Shown here: piece by piece, positions 38,464 through 49,195 of the stretch
Layout: each line of letters begins with the position of its first letter
How positions within the stretch are numbered: position 1 is the first letter of the stretch
From: Magallana gigas
Lineage: Eukaryota
NCBI RefSeq assembly: GCF_963853765.1
Contig: NC_088855.1
Coordinates: forward strand, 41,788,001-41,852,000
Direction: 5' to 3'
DNA length: 64,000 nt
Notes under the pieces: model-generated
Told to the model about the DNA's origin: nothing
Seen by the model: the letters and a program-made list of their open reading frames with translations, nothing else
Database searches by the model: none
Program-made: the position numbers and the translations under genes

Positions 38464-40978
38464 TCACTTGACTGCAGTATTTTGAGATTCGGTTGAGGAT
38501 GCAGTCTCTATTTCCTGCGGTTTTATCTCAGAATTCTCAGTATTCGTCACAGGAGTGACCATAGAACTTGAACTTGTCCCAACAGCAGTTGTTGAGGATG
38601 TCTCTGTAGAGACTTTTGAGGGACTGTTGTTTGAGGACCCAGAGGACGGTTTAACAGGGGTGGACCCTGGGGTTCGGGGTGACCGCTGAAATCTACGCTT
38701 TGCATCCCGGTCAGCTGAGTTTTGTATTCTTTGCTTCATTACATCCTGAAGGATCTTATCCATTGTTGCTACTTTTTTCTGGGTTCTTGGGGTTCTATTG
38801 CCTGAAATTTGGAAATTATAACGGGTTGTTTTAAAGATTATAAATGTACTGGAAACTTAATACATGCAAGTAAATTTAATTTAAGGTTTAGTATTAAAGA
38901 GTGACACAATAAAAATGTATATTTTTAAAATTGTTTGAAAATAAAATGGTCATGTATATCAACAAGCTTAAGATATTCACATAAAGATAATTTGGATTTG
39001 ATTGTGTATTCCGTATACAGTACAAAAATATAACATACCAGGTAGTCGCTGCGGTGTGACTTTTGGTGTTGTTCCTATGTCATCATCATCAAAATCAAAT
39101 TCTGTTGACTGCACTTGTCTAAAATACAACAAATATTTATAAAACCATTTTCAAATCGGCAGTATTGATACTATAAAAATATAAATAACAACCAAATGAA
39201 CAATATTACATTAGAGAAAACTCATGCAAATCATAAAAGAAGATCATAATGTGGCTGCTTGCAATTTGGCAAAATAAACAATTGTGTAAAATGGGTGAGC
39301 TCTTAAATTCATGTATCTACTTTCAAATATGATTATGGAAAGAGTCTTGTAAAACTTAGAGATATATGTATTAATCTCTTAGAATTTCTCGGTTTTTTTG
39401 GTGGGTTTTTTATTTTTTTTGGGGGGGGGGGGGGTCAGAGTTATTATTCCATTAAGAAAAAAGAACCCATTGTCATACCAATTATCAGTACTACTGTCCA
39501 CCTCAAAAGATTGCTGAATTTCCAATGAAATTCCACTTACAAAGATTATTAATGACATCCAACTTACTTTGCATACTTCTTAGGTTGCTATATTCAATTG
39601 CTAATGGTATGACTTATACTCGAGTCCTCCATGTGCTGCTGAATATTTACTTACTTAGGTTCTACTTAGTTAGCTGAGTTTTTAATGATTAGCTTTTACT
39701 TTGAGTCTTCCTTTGGTTGCTGAGTTCTTAATGATAATTCACTTACTTTGAGTCTCCTTGGGTTGGTGAGTTCTTGATGATAATGTAATTCACTTACTTT
39801 GAGTCCACCTTGGGTTGGTGAGTTCTTGATGATAATGTAATTCACTTACTTTGAGTCCTCCTTGGGTTGGTGAGTTCTTGATGATAATGTAATTCACTTA
39901 CTTTGAGTCCTCCTTGGGTTGGTGAGTTCTTGATGATAATGTAATTCACTTACTTTGAGTCCTCCTTGGGTTGCTCAACTGGCTCTGGTTTCACATCTTC
40001 CTTCATTTCCACATCTTCTTGTGATTTCTCTGCTTTTGGTAAATGTCTTCCAGGACATTTCCATTGCAATTTTAAAACTTTCTCTTTAGCTAACGCTTCA
40101 TATAGCTTAAAAAAAAACAAAAAAATATTTATATTTAAAACCTATCATTGGTTTTATATTCAAAACCTATTAAACACTAAATAAAAATGCTACATTATTC
40201 CATTCACTATACCTACTGATTATATCAAATGAAAAGTTTCACTTAAATTTACTTTGTCTATAATACACTTACAGGACCATCACTACCATATAAGAACCAT
40301 ACATATATGATAATGGCAAAAATGTACATCAACTTTTTATTGTACATACTGGTAAAGTTTTGTTTGTACATATTAACATATGAATTTTGTTTCATTCTTT
40401 TCATTTACCCTAAATATTTGATCTTGACAAAGTGAAAAAGATTACCTTTTTCTGCCATTTCCCACTTTTTGCACAAAACATCTTATTATAAAGCATTTTT
40501 CTTTCAGAAAACATTGAGTGCAGTCATGAGCAAACAAAAAAGATTTATCCAAGAATAATTCCCAACAGAGATTTTTCTTGTTCAAAGCTGTGCCCTATTT
40601 TACCATTTGATGAAAAATAAGAAAAGTGCACATTTTCTGACTGATTTTAATTGAACTGCTAAAAAAGTGTTGTGAGCAAATTTGGAACTTTTGAAACTCA
40701 AGAGTTAAGATCTGCCTGAGATTTGGGTAAATATAAATATCTGTGAAAATGCCAAACCATTTTGCTTTCTGTCATAAAAAAATACAATGGTAAAATAATA
40801 CACGAGCAGAGCCACTGGCAAGTAAATAACATTTCAAAATGAGTCATACAAATTTAAGATATACTTTTATAATATCCTCTGCAAGAGGGCACCATGCCCC
40901 ATTTCCTTTTTTCCCTGGGTCATATTTTTCTTCATCACTGCCCTGAACTTGCCAATCATTCTCAGGTTTTGCATCCAT
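38464..40978 (-). CDS. PAGR1: PAXIP1-associated glutamate-rich protein 1-like, 4 coding exons, 227 aa
   Basis: Exons 40978-40865, 40105-39954, 39118-39039, 38801-38464; in phase. Motifs W.V.GSDEE, WCP...IIKLYEAL, LQWKCPGR, TEFDFDD and KKVATMDKIL match recalled PAGR1 blocks. The acceptor sits directly before the ATG; probable 5'UTR donor at 41358. Confidence 0.82.
39690..39980 (-). repeat. 52-bp tandem repeat spanning the PAGR1 exon 2 donor site
   Basis: Unit AACTCACCAACCCAAGGAGGACTCAAA-GTAAGTGAATTACATTATCATCAAG; GTAAGTG at 39953, 39901, 39849, 39797 and 39746. Confidence 0.9.
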
Positions 40979-41719
40979 CTATTTACAGGAAAAGAGTCAT
41001 AAAAAATAAAAATATGTTGTGAAGATTCAAAGAATGGAATGTGACTTTTCAGAGATGCAAGAAATCGCCTGAGCAAAAAATTTACTCATAAATTTTTACA
41101 AAAGTTATTAAATAAAAAAAATGTTTATTTATAAAGTTATAGATACCTGAATTTTTAAAACTAATTAATCCAATCAATCTCATTGCTAGATAAAATAAAT
41201 AAGGTCAAGCCCCCAAACTTACTGTTTATATAAAGGTTGGTCTATTCTGTGTTTCAGATCTTTAAAGGACATGTGATATCCCATTTTTATACATAAAAAA
41301 TCAGACTGATTTATTTCCTGTCGAAAAATTGAACAATCCTCTTAACCTGTTAACCTTACCTTTAAATTCACCAACTCTAAAGATGCTTAGGCTTATAAAA
41401 AGTAAAAAGCGCCAAATTCATAACAAGAAATAAACAAAGTAGTGTAAAAAAGGAACCTTCATAGTACATTTCTGATATCCGATAACCGTGATGCGCCCCG
41501 GGAATATTTTTCCAGTGGAATTTAGACAATCTTAATTCTATATAAAAACAAATTTCAACATCTAACACGAAATATTATCTTGGTCACCTACAATACCCAG
41601 TGACACATCTCAATTTAAATTTTTTTCTCCCATTACAAAATTTAGCAAACGGCATCAAAAAACCTCATACATAATATTATACAATATTTTTGGGGTAAAA
41701 TGTAAATTATTAGTTCCCC

Positions 41720-41765
41720 CAGGGACGTATATACTAACTACTTATACTTAGTTTATACGTCCCTG
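41720..41765. mobile_element. 46-bp mini-hairpin element with a 7-bp TSD
   Basis: CAGGGACGTATA...TATACGTCCCTG (12-bp perfect TIR) flanked by GTTCCCC on both sides. Confidence 0.75.
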
Positions 41766-41882
41766 GTTCCCCTGATCTTATCGAGAATTTTTTAAATTCT
41801 GAACATTGTAAAAAAAAATTCCTACAGGTAGTTGTGGCTGTTGTGCACTGGTGAAAATTCAAAGCACTATTCGTTATACATG

Positions 41883-42897
41883 TATCCCCGAGTACCCAAA
41901 CTCCGTCACCATAAGCAGAAATCCTCCCGCGTTTCTCTGTAAATTATTTTTTGTGGTTTTTATCATTTGCAATCACTAAATATAATCTGAAACAATATAA
42001 TTCATAAAATTATTAACAAAAATATTTTTATTTTTATTCAAATAAGCCCTCTGAACACGACGTTTATCATGCGTGCTTATTATATATTATAAACCTAACT
42101 CCGTCACCCACATGCTCTATGATATGGCAGGGAATGAAGACACATTAACAATTTAGTTAAAACTCCACTTGTATCTAGGCCAAGTTATAATAAGTAAAAA
42201 TGGTGCATACAATTTAAATTGTATTTAATTTCATCGAAATGAAATGATCGCCAGAATAAAAAATGGGTCCATGTAACAACAATCACAATGGCCTTTTCAG
42301 AATGTATGGATGCCGTTTGATTTATGTCCTTACATATTTCAAATATTTTATATCATTAATTCATATATTACTTATTATATTATCTATTTATTACATTTTT
42401 AGAAATGTAGCATATTCTAAATAGCGATATACCGGATATATCTATACCCTGTATAAGGCAAAAGTATCGGCATGAGCGATTTGACGTTATCATCAAGAGT
42501 AGTGCATAAAGGCTATTGCGGACAGAAAAAAATGTATTAATTACCTTAATCAAAAATGTATTACATGTGAAATGTTTCATCTTGACCTCTCTAAAAATGG
42601 CTGACCACCGTTAATGATCGAATGGGCCCGCATGTCAGAAATATCGATATTTTAGTTCATCCGTGAAAAAGTTTTAGTTGATTTCACACAATTAATGGTG
42701 CATAAAATGAACAAGGTTTAATTCTGTTATTTTTTTGACACATTCTTAAATTTAACCGTTGCAAATTGTTGACATTTGATTAAAGATTTTTGACATGTAA
42801 AAAATGACGTCATAATCGTACTTGTTTTCAAACGGCGAGGCGTTTCCCGAAAGTGACGGAGTTAGGGTAGTGACGGAGTTAGGGGGCTATGCGATAT
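41883..42897. mobile_element. Non-autonomous DNA transposon with subterminal (C/A)TAACTCCGTCAC repeats
   Basis: AACTCCGTCACC at ~41900 and ~42097; inverted GTGACGGAGTTAGGG twice at ~42853-42885. Ends are approximate. Confidence 0.5.
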
Positions 42898-43270
42898 ATG
42901 TAATTTTCCTTATGTTAAATTGAGTATGCGTGTAACGGTTTTAGCTGCATTTTATTGAACTTTATCTGTTTATTCACTTTCTAAACGCATATAACCATTC
43001 CACAAGACAAATTTTCAAGGACTGGTCAATAATTGTTATGTATTTATTTGATAAGAAATACTGCAATCAGAACACTGAAATTTTAAGCTTTTCAGGAATT
43101 CAAGAAGACATACTTTTTTGTATATATGAGCTGTTCACTAAATCATTTCATAATTGATCATCTTTGGGAAAGGAAGGGGGGGGGGGTGATATTCACTGAT
43201 TTGCTATAAAATCCAGTTTAAATCCTTGGAAAATTTCCAACTTGCCCTTCATACTTTGATGGCAGTAAAT

Positions 43271-44528
43271 AACAAGAGGCCCAATGGCCACATCACTCAC
43301 CTGAACAACAGTTCTTGTATCACTCTATAAAGAAATATGTTTCAAAATGAAACTTTTTAAAAGTATCAAACACTTCCTTATATTACAAAATTTGACTTTA
43401 TATTAAACGACGTACAAGAGTCCCATGGGCCACATCGCTCTCCTGAACAACAATTCCTTGTATCATAACACATATACCTGTGTTAAACTTTGAACCCTTC
43501 TTGGGACCCGAGTATTGGTCCGATGGTGTGGGGAACGACTGCACAATTTTAACAATTTAGAATCTAAATTATTTTAGGATGATTGCGTAGTAATCTCACA
43601 TATTTTAGCATTGTAGTTCTTGAGAAGATGATTTTTAATGATTTTTCCTTATATATTCCTATGTTAAACTTTGAACCCCCGTTTTGGGGCCTAAGTATTG
43701 TTCTGAGGGTAACGGTTCTAAAAATCCGAAATCTTCACTATATATACAAGCTTTGGTGTAAATATTGGCATTTCTGGAGCAGTTGTTCTTAAGAAGATTT
43801 TTCAAGACACACCCCCTATTTTTACTGTTTCGTAATCACTAGTATCTCCCTTCTAAAAAGGGTTACACCTTTTATTTTAATGTTGAATTCAGAATCTCAT
43901 TCCCATAACAATCATTTTACCAAGTTTGGTTAAATTTGGCCCAATGGTTCTAGAGAAGATGTAAAAACTGTGAAAAGTTTACAGATATTTGAATTTCGAA
44001 ATTTGAACACCTATTGGGGTACCAGTATTGATCTGGTAGTCACAGTTATCTACACTATTTAGGATGCTTGTACAGTAATCTCTCTAATTGTAGCATTGTA
44101 GTCCTTGAAAAGAATACACATATTTTCAGACTTTTTCCTTATATATTTCTATAAAACTTGGAACCCCTTTTGGGGCTCCAGGTCACAATTTTAACAATTT
44201 AGAATCTTCACTATATATACATGCTGTTGTGTAAATATGAGCAATTCTGGTAAAGTGGTTTTTGAGATTTTTAATACACCCATCCTATTTTCACTGCTCC
44301 ATAATCATCTTCCTTTTAAAAAGAATAACACCTTTTATTTTAACAATTTAGAACCCCTTTTCTATAAGGATGCATTGTACCTAGTTTGGTCCAGTGGTTC
44401 TTGAGAAAAAGTCAAAAATGTTAAAAAGTTTACAGACAAATGATGGACTGACAGACAGGCAGACAGATTGAGGGACAACATGCAATCAGGAACACTCACA
44501 TGAACTTTTGGTTCAGGTGAGCTAAAAA
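43271..44528 (+). mobile_element. Older HINE element with a duplicated 5' end and degenerate ~170-bp repeats
   Basis: 5' motif (A/T)ACAAGAG(G/T)CCCA.(G)GGCCACATC at 43271 and ~43393, a GACA tract, and a 3' TTCAGGTGAGCTAAAAA end. Confidence 0.75.
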
Positions 44529-44860
44529 GGCTCATCATCTCCCCTTTCATTTGAGGCCGTTGGACATGGGGTGTGTGGCGTTAATTTGAAAGTAGCGAGA
44601 AATAAAACACGAAACAAGAAAATGTAACAATAGCTTTCATTCAAAACTCTATAAAACATAATTCTACAATCAATGTTTGAGAAGTAAAGTTCCTCATACA
44701 CAGAAAATAAAAAAAATTCCTCTTGCAAATTTTGTAATTGCCATGAGTGGAGAAGGGAGTTCATAGCACTATCCACTTGGCATGACATGTTTTCAGATTC
44801 AGATGCTGATGTTACGAGGTTGGTCAACAGTTTTATGATTACACATAGTGTAATTCATTT

Positions 44861-47800
44861 CTACTTGCTCATGAATTCAATTCCCTTTTTGATGTTGCTT
44901 TGTAGTTCGGGCATGGCATTTTCTATTAATTGTGCTTCATATTCAATTGTTTTAGGAATTCCTAGATTCTTCTCCACACCATTTTTCTAGAAAAAAAGGA
45001 AAAACAAAACATTTAAACATTATCACAACAATAATTTTACCACAAGAATGCAAAACAAGAATCCTATCCAAACATGGTAGATAAGTTCAATTTGATGAAG
45101 AGGATTTAAATTCAAATTGTTTTACAATAGATTTATTAAAAGTTACTGCTGTACTGCTTTTTGGAGGGAAAATTGATATGGATGGTGAAATATGACATAA
45201 CAAAAATTGTTTACAGTTTATGTCACTGAATATTTTCATACCTTTGTCACACCATATATAATTCCCATGCAAAAGAGCAATACTGCAGTTATCGCGATAT
45301 TTTTATTACTTATATGAGGTGGTCACATTAATTGTAACTATTTTGAGTACAGTGTATTGCTTATCAAATACTAACTCCAAGCAGTAGTGGCGTAGCAAAA
45401 TAGGCAGCAGGAGTTTCTGTTGATCTAACATATGCACATTCCACTTTGTTGTCAGCACCATTCAAGGCATCAAGCATTTTGTAAGCAAACCTGGCTGCTG
45501 CAAATGCCATTGATAGGGTTGCTGATCCCTGAAACAAGTTTATAGCTGATAATACACGTATGTAGAGATTAAAAAGGAAAACAACCGTAAGTTAAACAAA
45601 CAAGGTATCACAGTTCCACAGAATTTTGGAGGTTTAAGCAAAAGAATTTACAAAGTCATATACCAATAATAGATTCATATGGAATATTAAGATTCTTTGT
45701 GATGATAAAAAAGAGTATTCATGAACATGTGGAAATCTTTGCAAAAAATTCATGAACCAATGCACGAAAATGATGGTCTGTACTTACAGCTCCAGCCTTA
45801 GCCTCTACAACCTCAGTTCCAGCATTCTGTATTCTTTCTGTTAACTTTTTTCTTTCCTCCTGTAACAAAAACATCAAATTAAATGCTGAATAACTAGTTT
45901 GGGAAAGGTGAAAAACTCAATTTTGATATTTCAACTTTAGAAATTACTTCCCTTTTCAATTTAACAATTAAATTGATCAATGCAGCTGTATTTGACCTTA
46001 CATAGTGCTGTGGTGTCTAAGAACAAAAATAATGCTTTGAGGCCTAATATCAGGGTTCACTTTAACCTGGACCAGCTTACCTGTGGGAATGACACTGCTG
46101 GTGTGGCCTGGGAGAGCAGAGGAATAATTGTGACCCCACTGTGACCTCCAATAACTGGGACATTTATTTTGTCCACATCTAGTCCCTATTAAATAAATTG
46201 AAAACAAACCTTTTACATCTTACTCTGATACAACTTTCTTTCATTTTTATGGTGAGTTGATGTATTTAATTAAAGAGAGATTTGGCTGTTCAAACTGGAT
46301 GTTTAACTAAATGACATGAGACAGTTTACTCTTATGGTAAAAATATTGTATTGCAGTTTTGGAAAACCAATGTATGGCACAATGATCTCACCTTCAATTC
46401 AGATACAAATGTGTTGGCTCTAACAATATCTAGTGATGTAACTCCAAAAATGTTGATTTTGTTTTCATTAAAAGCATTTTTTCTTTTGTAAACTTCCTCT
46501 GCGATTGGTACAGTTGAGTTCACCTATAAATAAATAATATGTTTAATGTGCTTTCATCATCTATGAAATCTTTTCATTTTAGCAATATTTTGTGCTTAAT
46601 CTCAAACTTGACTGCAATAATTTTGTTTCATAAGAAAATACATAGAAATTTCATGTAACCCAAAATGATGCTACCCTCTCTTCTGGTCTTGGATGATTTT
46701 TTACCATATATTTTTCACAAAACAATAATTTCTCTCAATCTGTTGCAATTATTTTGAAATTAAACAATACATTGACAAACTTCTGGATGTAGAATCATAT
46801 TACATCTGTCATCAAACAAAAATTACCACCCACCATTAAATAATACAGATAAATGGGCTATCAAATGTCTTTCATGTATCAATGGTGTTGTCAATTAAAA
46901 GTGTAAGAATTACTTCGTATAAACTTAAAAATAATTGATTTATACATTTTTCCTTTAATAACAGACACAAAGTTGTCCTATCTTTATTTTAAGTGTTGAC
47001 AATTTCTACATACTGGATTTGTGATAATTCCCATAATGGCATCAGGACACACTTCAGCACACACTTCACACAGGTCTCTTACAATTCCAGCATTGGTGTT
47101 AAATAGATCATCTCTGGTCATTCCTTATAAAGAAAAAATAATAACATCTTATATACCCGTACATAATTTTATTTCAAAATCCACAAGTCCTACCGAATTG
47201 TAAAATACATGAATGTCATGCATATGACTTATGGGAGTAAAGGAAAACTGTCTTAGTGTTTCAAATGAAAGATCTCATTTCTAATTTCATTTCTTCAGAA
47301 ATGCAATTTAAGCAGAAATTAGCCATATTCTCAATTCTTTCTCATACAACTCTGGCAAATCATCAGTTAAAGGAGATCAGAATGAAAATATGAATCTATG
47401 TGGAGTTTAATCCACATAAATTCATAACTTCATAATTTTAGTTACATGGTTTGTAGTTGACCTAATATGGTTTATACATGGTCAGTAAATTCAATGTGGA
47501 ATTTACTTACCACCTATAACCATATTAGTTCAACTACAAACCAAGAAACTACCTCATCTTACCGACAGCGTTTGTGTTAATACTATAAAATTTACAAAAT
47601 AATAAAAATCAAGCATTTTATGACAATGTTACAAGTTTCTGACTCTAAGAATGAAGTCATAATGCTCAAGGACTGGAGATGTATATTTCACATTGACAGT
47701 GTATGGAATATACATGGTCTCCACATTACTACTGACATCCAACGATTTTCTTACAATTTTAGGTAAAAATATTTAAATGCAAAGCTTTACAATAGTAATA

Positions 47801-48830
47801 GTATTTTATTCAAATAAATAACTTTATACCTGGTTTTCTTGGCACTCCAGCAGGGATGAGAACTAGATCAGCACCTCTCACAGCATCTGCAAGTTGGTCA
47901 CTGCCTAAGTGACCAGTCACCTTTGCTTTGGTAGATATGTGACTCAGATCTGCAGCCACACCTGGGGTGTGCATAACATCATAAAGGGAGAGATGTGTTA
48001 CCCTGTGTGAGTTCTTCAGAAGCAGTGACAAAGGCTGACCAATACCACCTGAGGCTCCAAGGACTGCTACTTTTGCATTACTCTGCACAAAAAATTATTT
48101 TTTTTAAATAAAATGATACAAGAAAAGAACTGCTTGCACCAAAATCATCTGCAAGGTCAAATGTGATAAAATATAAAATCAATGACTAAAATTAGAAGAT
48201 TGAAAATTTAGAAATTTATTTCTCCGTCTAAAGATATGAATAATCTGCATTTTCCTGAAAGTCTATAAGTTTAAGGAGCTTCATGTATGGATAAAAAATA
48301 ATATAATTCAATTTTTGAAAATTAAAAGTATCCAGGTACACATGTACTGATCAAGTAGCAATAAAAATTCTTCCACATATCGCCCTTGGAATACATTATC
48401 TATTGCTATTTCATCCTTTGAGATTTCCTTCTTTCCAGAAGCTTCCGTAATTTTACGTTTAATTGTGGATGATAATTTAAGTTTCGGGACTCATCCTGAT
48501 TACGTAAGCTGATATACGGAGGCAGATTAAGTAAAATATTTAACATAATCATAAAAACAACAAAAAGCATGAAAGAAAGCGCAAGAAACAAGAAATTCAT
48601 TATTACACACAAAAAGTTAATTGCAAAATCAAGATTTCTTTGGACCTCTTTCAGTCTTTGGAATAAAGTACCGGTTGAACGATATACGGAGCGTGACGTA
48701 GATGCACGGTAAAGAATTGTTAAAAAAGCTTTACAATCAATGTAATGGAGGTGCAAACCTGTGATGAGGAAGAAAAGTTTCTGGCTGAAGAGCAAACAGC
48801 CAAAGAAGGTCTGGCGATTCTGGAAAACAT
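44861..48830 (-). CDS. MDH2: Mitochondrial malate dehydrogenase, 8 exons, 340 aa
   Basis: Exons 48830-48759, 48082-47830, 47123-47014, 46523-46392, 46185-46081, 45859-45788, 45528-45376, 44986-44861 (1023 nt, in phase). Presequence [24 protein letters not shown], then [47 protein letters not shown] and [12 protein letters not shown]. Confidence 0.96.
47440..47550. mobile_element. Imperfect palindromic mini-element in MDH2 intron 2
   Basis: GGTTTGTAGTTGACCTAATATGGTT...AGTAAATTC-AATGTG-GAATTTACT...AACCATATTAGTTCAACTACAAACC. Confidence 0.65.
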
Positions 48831-49195
48831 GTTTCAGATGCTGGTCTGTGGTGTCCTCTACTAGAAGGCCAAATGACAGGAAGTGCACGTTGTGGAAGAA
48901 CGCAGGTGCGGAAACACAAATCTATTACTCCGCGCTTGGCAACCATATACTTATTTTAGGCTTTAATTTTGTTAAAAAAACAAAACTGGTATATATATTT
49001 CGTGAAACTTCCTAATCTAAAACCAATACAATGTATTTAAACATTATTCTACACAAATGCAAAAATGCCAATAAGATAATCATTAGGATTACTTACCTAA
49101 AGCGCAATGAACTGTTTATATTCGGTTTGTGAACAGCCCCATGCATGTTCAGATGACAGGTGCAATATAGGATTGTAAACAACTTACACGAAAAC
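48831..49195. promoter_or_regulatory. Bidirectional promoter region of MDH2 and STYXL1
   Basis: The divergent start codons are 365 bp apart. ETS-like CAGGAAGTG at ~48877-48885 and a local CpG increase. Confidence 0.7.

Noticed and set aside
39690-39980. CRISPR-like array (also the 60887-64000 array)
   Set aside because: The intervening sequences are copies of each other rather than unique spacers, the genome is eukaryotic, and there are no cas genes.
40446-40500. Extra PAGR1 exon between exons 1 and 2
   Set aside because: It has AG and GT boundaries, but it is 55 nt with in-frame stops when joined in phase 0. At most a poison exon; no support.
48406-49015. ORFs 48406-48888 (-), 48737-48946 (-), 48761-49015 (+) and a plus-strand [12 protein letters not shown] reading
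   Set aside because: They are alternative frames or antisense of MDH2 exon 1 and intron 1; the MDH2 presequence frame splices correctly.
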